A stretch of 64,000 nucleotides of DNA from Octopus vulgaris (lineage: Eukaryota): assembly GCA_951406725.2 (NCBI GenBank), contig OX597814.1, positions 159,278,001 through 159,342,000 of the forward strand, written 5' to 3'. Position 1 is the first letter of the stretch, and the number at the start of each line of letters is the position of its first letter. Under the pieces are notes generated by a model that was not told the origin of the DNA, did not search any database, and saw only the letters and a list, made by a program, of their open reading frames with translations. Of the stretch, positions 38,679 to 49,299 are shown piece after piece. A program made the position numbers and the translations under genes.

Positions 38679-39975
38679 TTATGTTGGCAACTAAGTTCCT
38701 GCTGTTTTTTTTAATTTAAATTTTTTAAAAGATTTAATAAAAAAAATAACAACTAATTAATCAATAATGTATTCACCCTTGTTGTTTACAACTTCTTCCC
38801 AACGTTCAACAAGATTTTCAATACTTCATTGGTGGAAATCACTTGATTTCGACTCAAAAAATTGGTCCAACCAAGCTCTCAATTCTGCATCAGTATTGAA
38901 CGAATCTCTGCACATAGCATTTGAAAGAGATCGAAAGAGGTAGAAGTCCATTGGTGCCAAATCAGGAGAGTATGGCAGGTGTGGCAGCACTTCCCAGCCA
39001 TGCGTTTGAATGGCTTCCTTGGTCATATTGGCAATATGAGGGCAGGCATTGTCATGCAGCAGAAGAACTCCATGCTGCCAATTAGGTCTTTTCTCTTGAA
39101 TAGCCGTGTTGAGTCATTCCATCTGTTGAACATAGAGTTCTACGTTGATGTTTGGTTCTGTTCAAACAATTCATAATGGATAATCCATTCCCAGTTCCAC
39201 CATATGCACAACATCATTTTACGCAAATGAAGATCTTGTTTCACGCGCGGTGTCACTTATTTACCGGGGCTTAGCCATTCCTTATGCTGCTTCATATTGA
39301 TGTACAGGCACCATTTTTCATCACCAGTAACGATTTGGTAAAAAAATCGTTGCTTGTGTCCATGAGTTGAGTAGTGACAAGCAAGCAAACCAGCAGAGAT
39401 TGTGGCTCGTTGATTTTTGTTGTTGTCACTTAAAGCATATGGAACCGATGCTCCATACTTCTGAACCTTTCTCATCGAGTGAAGATGCTTCTCTATAGCA
39501 GTGTGGGAGCATTCCATTTTCTCTGCCAGTTCCCTTGTCATTTGACAAGAATTTTCGTACAAAAGTTGGTCTAATCACTCTTCATCGAACTTAACTGGAC
39601 GGCCAGAACAAGGTGCATCTTTGAGGTCAAAATTTCCATTTTTGAACTTGGCATACCAATCATGAGCAGTTCTTTCAGCTATGGCACCCTCTCCATACAT
39701 AGCACAAATGTTGTGAGCAGCTTTTGCGGCCTTAGAACCTTGATTAAAAGCAAAAAGAAGAAGGTATTGAAAATGCTCGTTTTTCTTAATTTGAGATTAC
39801 AATTTAATGATCTGAAAATAAACAAAATTAACTAAAATTAACTAGAATAAAAAAACAGAATAGATTCCAAAATGATTTTAAAATAGAATTCTCGAACAAA
39901 ATAGATTCCAAAATTTAAAATGCAATAAATTCCAAAATTAAAAAAGAAACGGCAGGAACTTAGTTGCCAACCCAA
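38679..39975 (-). mobile_element. Full-length mariner with disrupted transposase (mellifera-like TIR)
   Basis: TA-flanked TIRs GTTGGCAACTAAGTTCCTGC. Motifs IVTGDEKW and YSPDLAPMDFYLF. Stops and frameshifts. 1297 bp. Confidence 0.95.
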
Positions 39976-40209
39976 TACAATATTGTGACACTATACTGGA
40001 ATAAAGTATACAAATCATATGTAGCTTTACACTCACCTTTAAAGGAAACTAAAATTTGTCATAGCAAAAAAGAAATATACATTGCTATCAATGAATCCTG
40101 GTACATGCAAACAAAATGCAAATATACTGATAAAAACTGGTGCAAACCAATCAGTAAAGTACAATAAATGTGATGAATTCCTATAGATAGTTACAGTTAC
40201 TCATTCTCA

Positions 40210-41270
40210 TTGTTGCCATCCATATTACTGGTACTCTCTTCATCACTGGAATTCTTTGCAAGAGGATCTGGGTCATCAATATCTTCTTCAAACAATAAAT
40301 TGTCCTCAGTATCATCAAGAGTATTACTAATGCCACATTTCTAAAATCATTTCACCTCTTCTTTTACAACATTCCATGAACTTTTTATCCACTCACATAA
40401 CAGTAGGCCACTTCCTTCTTCTTGTTGATGTCACTTCAATTTCTGAAGACTGCATCCATCCACTTGTTCCACCCCTCTTTGGTTTACTGATTGAAACATC
40501 TAAAGGCTGTAACTAGCTGGTTAGACCTCCTCGAATTACAACTAACTGGGTCTTCAGTTCTCCAAGTTTCCTCTGAACAAGCTTAGTTCTATGAGCCCAA
40601 AACTAGTCCCAAACTAATAAGGCAGGTTTCTTTAATAACTAGGATGCCTGGACTATACTTTATCAAGCCACTATTTCATTCTTCCCTCATCCATCCAACC
40701 TTTTAGGTGAATATGAACATAAATGCCATTGAGTATCCTTTCTTTAGGCAATGTCTTTCTTTTATAAATAAAAAAAGGTGGCAATTTTGTGCCATCAGCA
40801 CAACATGCTAATACAACTGTGTAGTGTATCTTTTCATGATCATATGTTTTAACAGTCACAGTTTTAGCACCCTTGGGTTCTACCACTCCCTTTGATGGCA
40901 CATTGAATGTCAGAGACTTCATCCATATTTTCTATCTGTGAAAGTTCAAAATTAACTTCTTTTCTTGCATTAATGACATACCTGTGAAATTTAAGTATTT
41001 GATCTTCATATTCAGGGGTCATTTTTTGTGCTATTCTTGTCCTAGACCTCATATAGAGGTTATTTCTCCTCATAAATCTAGAACACCATAATGTTGACCC
41101 TTTAAAATCATTGGTATCTCTGTCAATTGCTATAAGTCTTGAATAGTGCGCAATCATTTTAGTAGATACTGACAAGCCCGATCTTCTTTAGTCTAAAACC
41201 CATGTTTTTAATTCTTATTTTAGTTCAGGCCTCTTTACAACTCTCCTATGTAGGCAGTGTTTGCTACATT
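40210..41270 (-). mobile_element. pogo/Tigger-family (CENP-B HTH plus DDE_1) transposase pseudogene
   Basis: FKGSTLWCSRFMRR, ENMDE, TVVLACCADGTKLPP, GWMDE and GGLTS*LQPLDVS, frameshifted. Confidence 0.9.
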
Positions 41271-41632
41271 TATATGCAGTATATAATATATATATATTAC
41301 ATAATATCGGAGGCTGAATAAAATAGGGCTTAATACAGTTTATTGACCCTTCTAATATTTTTTTTTCTCCATAATTTTTTTCAAATTCATTTTTATAAGT
41401 GAAATATTGGCTAAGATACGTTTTCGAAATTGCAAATGTCGATTATGTTGGTGAAATTTTAACTTTTTTATATTTAGTTTTTATCTTATTTTATTTTTAC
41501 TCACAAAAGTTTATAACTTTTTAATCAAACAATATATTGGCTTATTATCATAGCACATGAAGAAAGTCTATAACATTATCCTTTTGATGCATCAGATGGC
41601 GAAGTGACAGAATCGTTAACAGGCCAGAAAAA

Positions 41633-42431
41633 ATGCTTAGCAGTATTTCATCCATCTTAACGTTCTAAGATCAAATTCTGCCTAAATCTCCTTTGCTTTT
41701 TATCCTTTCGGGATTTATAAAATAAGTACCAATCAATTACTGGAGATGATGTAGTCAACTACCCCTCTCCTCAAAAATAGCTGGCCCTGTGCCAAAATTT
41801 GGCACCATTATCCTTTGATATTTGATTAATATTATCATTTTAACAGTTATAATTCATTATCATCATGAAATTGGAAGGCACGTTTTAAAAAAATTCCTTG
41901 AAAGTATTATTATTGAATACATGCTTAGCGGCATTTCATCCGTCTTAACGTTTTGAGATCAAATTCTGCCTAAATCTCCTTTGCTTTTTATCCTTTCAGG
42001 ATTTATAAAATAAGTACCTATTTCTTTATTACCCACAAGGGGCTAAACACAGAGGGGACAAACAAGGACAGACATATGTATTAAGTCGATTACATCGACC
42101 CCAGTGCGTAACTGGTACTTAATTTATCGACCCCCTAAAGGATGAAAGGCAAAGTTCACCTCGGCGGAATTTGAACTCACAACGTAATGACAGACGAAAT
42201 ACGGCTACGCATTTCGCCTGGCGTGCTAACGATTCTGCCAGCTCGCCGCCTTACTGGAGACGATGTAGTCGACTTCCCCTCTCCTCAAAAATAGCTGGCC
42301 CTGTGCCAAAATTTGGCACCATTATCCTTTGATATTTGATTAATATCATTTTGACAGATATAATTCATTATCATCATGAAATTGGAAGGCATGTTTTAAA
42401 AAAATTCCTCGAAAGTATTATTATTGAATAC
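41633..42431. repeat. 288-bp tandem duplication; second copy interrupted by a young SINE A (42015-42251, minus strand)
   Basis: 41633-41920 is repeated from 41921. An intact CpG-rich SINE A sits inside the second copy. Confidence 0.9.
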
Positions 42432-42615
42432 ATTCGAAATGCTTTGTAGTACACAAAATAAACAAGAAAATGTTTTCATCATGCCGTCCAGTTTTATCCC
42501 GACAACAAATAATGTAACCAAGAGAATATCTTTTTTTTATTTGTGATGTGCAGTGGCCATGAACGGTAGAAAAATATGGAGGACTTCTTTTCCGAGTAAG
42601 TAAAATAATTCTCAC

Positions 42616-42712
42616 CTCTTTTTTCTTTTTTTTCTTTCTTTTCTTTCAAAAGAAATCTTATCAGTACAATTATCATCTTCACTTTCGAACAAATATCTCT
42701 GCAAAATTTCAT
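42616..42712 (-). CDS. Candidate 97-bp internal exon (phase 1-2)
   Basis: Pyrimidine-rich acceptor ...ATTATAG| and AG|GTGAGA donor. Frame EILQRYLFESEDDNCTDKISFERKERKKRKK ends in AG, which forms AGC (Ser) with either the 25545 or the 23639 exon. Confidence 0.5.
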
Positions 42713-43012
42713 CTATAATATGCATTAAAAGAAAGTTATAAAGAAATAAGGTTAGTGAAAACTGTAGTTATGCCTAGAAGATAAGATAGTTCCAGCTGAA
42801 ATGGCTTTGGTTTTAAAGTCTGTTCGATCAAGACTGGGATCAAAACAACTAAAAACAACTGAAAACAACAGAAGAAAATATTAGTAAGACGAAAAATAAT
42901 TACGTTTTTGCTTCCTTCATTTCTTTTCTCTAAAAATTTCTATGACGAATAAGAAAATTAAGTAACAAGTGGGTTTAAAATAGAGATCGTCTGCTTCTCC
43001 TGAGTGTTCATA

Positions 43013-43289
43013 TCATTGCGCAATGACTCATAAGGCTCTACTTCCGCCGCAATCCGCATTTATTAATACGAGTTGAATATTCAGACGCATATGTTATGCT
43101 TTAAGTCGATGAGATTTGTTAAGTTTAGTTATAAGTATGTTTAGTTATCGTATTTTAAATAGTTATAATATGGATATTAAACTCATTTTTTAAAGTTTTT
43201 AATAATGTACTATTTTTTTAAATGAAAAAAATTGATATAACCGTAGTACCTCCACCAATGCGTGCTAAGGCTTGAACTCATCACGTGAT
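43013..43289. promoter_or_regulatory. Candidate promoter or enhancer motif cluster
   Basis: 14-bp palindrome TCATTGCGCAATGA (C/EBP-type) overlapping TGACTCA (AP-1), ETS-like ACTTCCGCC, CCAAT, and ATCACGTGAT (E-box), all in CpG-retaining DNA. Confidence 0.35.
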
Positions 43290-43569
43290 CTGTAAGAAAG
43301 CGTTTCTAAGACTATGTCGATAAATTCTAAACAAAATGACAGTAAAAGTTTATATCACAAATAGTGATTCGAAAATTAAAATTAATTTTTCCCTTTCACC
43401 CTTCTATTCAACTTTCACAATTAAAATTTTCATTAACTTCAAACATTTACCACGGCCTGCATTGCTTACATTCAAATCAAGGTTCTCAGTTCTTGTAGAA
43501 CTTCACTGAGCAATCTTCTTAAAAAACTACATACATATGTTGACGTTTTTTACTAAAACGTTTAAGAGA

Positions 43570-43742
43570 CACAAGCATGGTAGTGTGGTTAAGAAGTTTG
43601 CTTATAAATTACGTGGTTTCGAGTTCAATCTTATTGCACTGAACCTTGGGCAAGAGTCTTCTCTTAGAGCTCCGAAGCAACTATTTCTTTGTAAGCGAAT
43701 TTGGTAGACAAAACTGAGTAGAAGCCTGTCATATATATACAT

Positions 43743-43797
<55 letters not shown>

Positions 43798-43860
43798 CAA
43801 GGACTGGTTTGTTTATGTTCCCGTAACATGCGGTTCGGCAAAAAGTAACCCGATTGAATA
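43570..43860 (+). mobile_element. SINE family B
   Basis: GTGTGGTTAAGAAGTTTGC...CTTGGGCAAG...ATTTGGTAGAC...(GT)n. Further copies at 45360-45755, 51920-52075 and 58650-58980 (minus strand). Confidence 0.8.
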
Positions 43861-44214
43861 AGTACAAGACTTAAAACGTAAGGCGGTGGTCCATCATGGC
43901 ATCGGTCTAAAAAAAAAAAAAAAGTGATATATATGTATAACTTATTTAAATTCAAATCTTTCTTTCTCTGATACACGATTTAATATACCTATCTATTTAC
44001 TTATTTACCCATGTCGAATCCAGGAATACATTAAATTTAGTTTCTCTATCACAAGGAAGATTTTCTGTTTAGCTTTTTAATAAACCCAGCAGTTAATATT
44101 TTAACACAATTTTAACTTTATTAGTTGATTGTCAGCACTGGCGAATGAAATTGATACGAAATATATTCGGTGAAAAGATGAAGATACACGCATATGTCTG
44201 TATATATAAGCATG

Positions 44215-44349
44215 TAGGGCCGGCTCTAGGGTTGCTGGCGCTCCGGGCAAGCTGAACTTCGACGTGTACAAGCTGATGATCGAGGACATTTCCTTGTCTT
44301 CAGCGTTCCGGGCGACTGTCCGAGTTGCCGGTACCTTGAGCTTGCCCTG
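44215..44349. mobile_element. Short hAT-type MITE
   Basis: Termini TAGGGCCGGCTC...GAGCTTGCCCTG. The 8-bp flanks TAAGCATG and TATGCATG match at 7 of 8. Confidence 0.7.
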
Positions 44350-46434
44350 TATGCATGTATGTAAAGGATTAGATATATGGAATGAAATAAGGAAACTATT
44401 TGACCAGCGCTTTCAATTATCTATTAATAATAACGTTTAAATGAACGAAATTACACAGCTTATGTATTATAACGTGAAAGTTATCCAGGTAGAGCATCAA
44501 CAAAATCTTATACTAATTAAAACTTCTGAGACAATCAAGGAGCAAAAATTCATCAACATTCGGCAAACGCACGCCTAACATTCTAATGATTTTCTTCGTA
44601 ACTTTGGAAGATATACCCACTTTCTTGAAATCTGATGCCATCCAGAATCACCCTACTCGCGTACATTAACAATTTATTATTAAATGTCTAACCTGTCACG
44701 AAACAAATTTACTGAAAGCTCCCTAACGCTTAACGCTGGTAAGCAGTGAGCTATTTTCGGTGCATAAGAAAATACACTTTATATATTATATAGTGACTTT
44801 TTGACTTTGACACAGTGATATTTCTAATGTAAGTTTTTCATATTGTCTCATATTATCTTTGTTGCATGTTGTACAACATCTAAAGACTTGCTCAGTTGTG
44901 AACCTACGCAGTAGCTTTTTATTACCTACGAATAACCCAAGATGATGAAATATGCAGGAGAACGAGCCGATAGACAAGGTGTGTGTGATGTGTGTAATAA
45001 GTTGTTAGACAGTATGGAGGAAAATAATAGTAAAGATCTGTCATGTTGAAATCCAGGATCGATATTAAGCATACTGTCAAATATGCTTAAGAATTTTATA
45101 AGATGATTTAGGAATGAGCTGAAAGTGATATATGAGCCACGAAATATAAACTCCTGTTTCAAAGTATGCTAACTGACAGCTAACGACAAAATATGTACCG
45201 AAGCCATCTAAAATATTTGTATATAAAACTTTTATGTATCTTCGAGTGTGGATGAAAGATAGCAGAACGGTAACTCGACACATTACAGTACTTAGTTTCA
45301 TTCCTTTCGATTCGAATATAAATCCAGTTGATTTCAACTAAATATATGTACGGATTTTATCTTTTATCTGTTCGCTGTTTCAGTCATTAGACTGCGGCTA
45401 TGCTGGAGTATCGCTTCGAAGAATTTTAGTCAAACGAATCGACTTCAATACGTTTTTTAAAGCCTGGTACTTATTCTATCGGGTTCTTTTTGCCCAACCT
45501 CTAAGTTACGGGAACATAAATACAACAACGGTTGTCAAGTACTCAGGAGGAGGCAACACTAACACACACATATATTCATAAAAAGTAAAAGTATATATAT
45601 ATATATATTTATACACACACGCAAAGTCTCAGTTTTGGACTACTAAATCCTTTCGCAAGGCTATCGTAGATACACTAGCCTAAGGTGCCGCGCATTGGAA
45701 CTGAACCGGCAACCATGTGGTTGGGAAGCAAACTTCATACCACACAGCCACACACCAGTAACTTGATATGTATCGATTCAATCCTTCAATGTCGAATAAA
45801 CTAATTTATCAATGTGAGAGGAACATATACCGAGTCGATCTATGTGATTATACTTCTTCCCTGCAGATATTAACTGAGTAAAAAAGACCGAATTGCTACC
45901 TCTTAAAATTACCTTGCGGTATGCCTCCACATGTGCACCATACTAATTTTGTTGCCTCATAACTTCCAGAAAAAAATTGATATTTTACAATGAAATTTTC
46001 TATTAATACGCTTCAGATAGTGTAGATTCCGATTATATGGGAATTTGTGATTGAAAAAAAATTTCTGAGGGCGAGGTAGGGAGTTTCAGAAAATTCATAT
46101 GAGTCGGCTTTGTTTCCACATAGCTTTCAGGAAAACGGGTATTTTTTATGAAATTTTCTACAAATCCCTTTCAAAGTGTTTAAATTACGATTATATCGTT
46201 CTTTAATATGAAGAAAAAAATTGGCTCACGCACACATTCATACTGACACATAATTTTTTTTTTTTTCTTTTCGAAATTTCCAGTTTCATCTTGTAGATAT
46301 ATATGGTGTGTGTTAGTGTTTGTGTATATGAGTCCACTAATTTTGTTTTTCATAGTGAAGTCCCATATAATCGTAATCTACACATCATGAAATGTGAATT
46401 TTCCGAAACTCCTCTCTCCACTTATGAAAAGTTC

Positions 46435-47596
46435 GGATCTTTTCTAAAAGAGCAAAATGTATTTTGTATCTTTTACGTAGTTTAATTCTTCGAATTTTAA
46501 CCAATCGTATTCTCTGTTTTGACCTCAATTCATTTGCTGCCGTGTTATTCGTCCTTATCCATGTCTTCTGTCTTCAAAAGCTTCTCGCATGTTTATTTCA
46601 ATGTCATCCCTGACTTACGGAACGATTACCTGTGTGTGTGTGTGTGTTTTTGTTGTGTATGTGTGTGCGTGTGTGTGTTTGTTGTTGTGTGTGTGTGTGT
46701 GTTATTGTTGTGTATGTGTGTGTGTGTTTGTTGTGTGTGTGTGTGTGTGTGTTATTGTTGTGTATTTGTGTTTTTGTTGTGTATGTGTGTCTTTTTGTTG
46801 TGTATGTGTGTGTGTTTGTTTTGTTGTGTATGTGTGCATGTGTTGTATATCTCTTAAATCGATGAATTTCATCGCCCAATAAAAATATTAACGATATCAA
46901 AGTTCAAAAAATATCGTTAATATTTTTATTGGGCGACGAAATTCATCGATTTATGAGATACACAACAACAAAAAAAACACACACACATATACAACAAAAA
47001 GACACACACACACACAAGAGATACACAGCACACGCACACATACACAACAAAAAGACACACACACATACACAACAATAACACACACACACAACAAACACAT
47101 ACACACATACACAACAATAACACACACACATACACAACAAACACACGCACACATACACAACAATAACACACACACACACATACACAACAATAACACACAC
47201 ACACACATACACAACAATAACACACACAACAAACACACACACATACACAACAATAACACACACACACACACACGTACACAAATACACAACAAAAACACAC
47301 ACACACAGGTAATCGTTCCGTAAGTCAGGGATGACATTGAAATAAACATGCGAGAAGCTTTTGAATACAGAAGACGTGGATAAGGACGAATAACACGGCA
47401 GAAATGGATTGAGGTCAAAACAGAGAATACGATTGGTTAAAATTCGAAGAATTAAACTACGTAAAAGTTACAAAATACATTTTTCTCAAAAAAACTAATT
47501 GAAATTAATGTTTTCTTTTGACACATTCTACCAGTATACGAAGTTTCAAATTATTTAGTTAAGTAGAAAATTCTGTCCATCTTTTAGAAAAGATCC
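46435..47596. mobile_element. Palindromic non-autonomous DNA transposon, Merlin-like
   Basis: Termini GGATCTTTTCTAAAAG...CTTTTAGAAAAGATCC. 8-bp flanks AAAAGTTC and AAAAGTTA. Almost the whole element is self-complementary around about 46895-46910. Confidence 0.8.
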
Positions 47597-47623
47597 AAAA
47601 GTTATTTTCCACAACAATTCTGA

Positions 47624-47928
47624 GGTACTATTTAAGAAGAGTGGTCCCGTTACGCGCACTCGCGCAGCTGCGATAGTTAGTCGTAACTAGTCGATCCTTA
47701 CTTTGTGTTTTTATTTTATTTACTTTGTTTAAAAAAATTATTTACTGTGTTTTTGTGTTAGTTAGTTAGTTAGTACTTTGTTTAAAAAACATTTACTTTG
47801 TGTAAAAAAATTATTTATTTTGTGTTTTATTTACTTTGCTAGGTAGTCGGTGCAGGATCGACTAGACACGACTAGCTAGCGCGGATACGCGAGTGCGCGC
47901 ACCGGGACCACTCTTCTTAAATAGTACC
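47624..47928. mobile_element. Merlin-like MITE, 305 bp
   Basis: Perfect 26-bp TIR GGTACTATTTAAGAAGAGTGGTCCCG, extending imperfectly to about 75 bp. Exact 8-bp TSD AATTCTGA. GG termini. Confidence 0.9.
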
Positions 47929-48326
47929 AATTCTGATATAATTGGAATTTTTACCATCTCAAGTGTATTTATTGAAAGTTTAATGCAAAAAATATCCGTT
48001 TTTCTGAAAGTTATTAGACAACAAAGTCGGTGGTGGGGTACACACATGTGGAGGTATACCTCACTTTGCAATTACTCGCTGTTTTGAAAATATATGAATT
48101 GCAGCAAACAACTATTTGTTATCAAGATAAGGAAATTTGGCACTCGTTGGTTGATAACAGAAATAGGGAATCCTCTCTCGTTTTCATATCTGAAAATGTT
48201 CACTGATAAAGTGAACCTGCTATAAAATTACTAAAGAATCTTGAATCAGTGGCATCAATTTTTGTATCACTTCAAACTGGAGTACGAAACGAAAGTGCTT
48301 TATTGCGTACTTATTATATGAAATGT

Positions 48327-48628
48327 GGAGGCACATAGCCTAGTGGTTAGAGCAGCGGACACGCGGTCGAGGGGTCGCGGGTTTGAATCTCAGACCGGGC
48401 GATGTGTGTGTTTATGAGCGAAACAACTAAGCTCCACGCGGCTCCGGCAGAAGGTAATGGCGAATTTCTGCTGACTCTTCCGCCACAACTTTCTCTTTCT
48501 CTTTCCGCCTGCATCTTGCAGCTCACCTACGACGGACTGGCGTACCGTCCATGTGGGGAACCTATACGCCAAGGAAATCGGGAAACCAGCCCTTATGAGC
48601 CAGGCATGACTCGAGAAGGAACAAACAA
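48327..48628 (+). mobile_element. tRNA-derived SINE, third family, with V-SINE-like core
   Basis: tRNA-like head with A box (TAGCCTAGTGG) and B box (GGTTTGAATC). Body motif CGACGGACTGGCGTACCGTCCA. A-rich end. Confidence 0.75.
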
Positions 48629-49299
48629 TATTATATGAAATGAGAAAATGTTTTATATTTTACATTCAGTTTTAAAGCATGTTAAGTCTTACCAAAATTT
48701 ACTGCATATTCCATTTCCTAAATAATATTGCGTTTCTAGTACTTTTATTTACAAGAATTTTGTTGTTGTTTAGTCTCAAATCAATCCTAATCGTCCGGCT
48801 CTGTAGGTAAGTCTTGCGGCCTTCTTCGCCATTCTATCTCTCTCTCAAGTTGCATTATTTTTCCGTTGAATGTTACTATTGTCGTTGTTGCTGCTACTGT
48901 TTAGCCCCAGGTCGACTAGAAACGAGCTGACCAATGAACAAAGGGCATGGCATGAATATCTTGTTTCTTCAACCATCACCAGATTACGGTAGCCAATGTC
49001 TTTAATTTTTTTTCATGGTATAGAGTGGGGGATCTTTTCTGTTTGGCTGCCAAATTCCAATCTCTTCAATTCCTGCTCGAATTGATTTCATATTCCAGTC
49101 TCTACAATTCCTGCTCGAATTGATTTCATATTCGGCGTAATGACATGGTTTTATATGCTAATCACTGCTTTGAAATTTATTTTCACAATAAATCAATAAA
49201 TAAAGAGTTGCTAGCTTTTGAAGTTTGCACATTTTTGGTAATTTTAGCCAATCGTAAGCCACAGACACATTCATGTCTGTTTCCATAGTAACAAGCCAA

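Larger units (their letters stand above)
45915..48063. mobile_element. Older foldback element with long inverted arms, hosting two nested insertions
   Basis: TGCGGTATGCCTCCACATGTG...GAGTTTCAGAAAATTCA (45915-46098) mirrors TGAATTTTCCGAAACTC...CACATGTGGAGGTATACCTCA once the insertions are removed. Confidence 0.7.

Noticed and set aside
46940-47310. CRISPR-like periodic repeats
   Set aside because: Eukaryotic CA-rich minisatellite with no unique spacers and no cas genes.
48327-48400. tRNA gene
   Set aside because: A and B boxes are present but there is no proper acceptor stem, and the sequence continues into a SINE body.
49055-49133. Tandem duplication of about 38 bp, and a similar short one at about 54960-55010
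   Set aside because: Ordinary local slippage duplications with nothing suggesting function.
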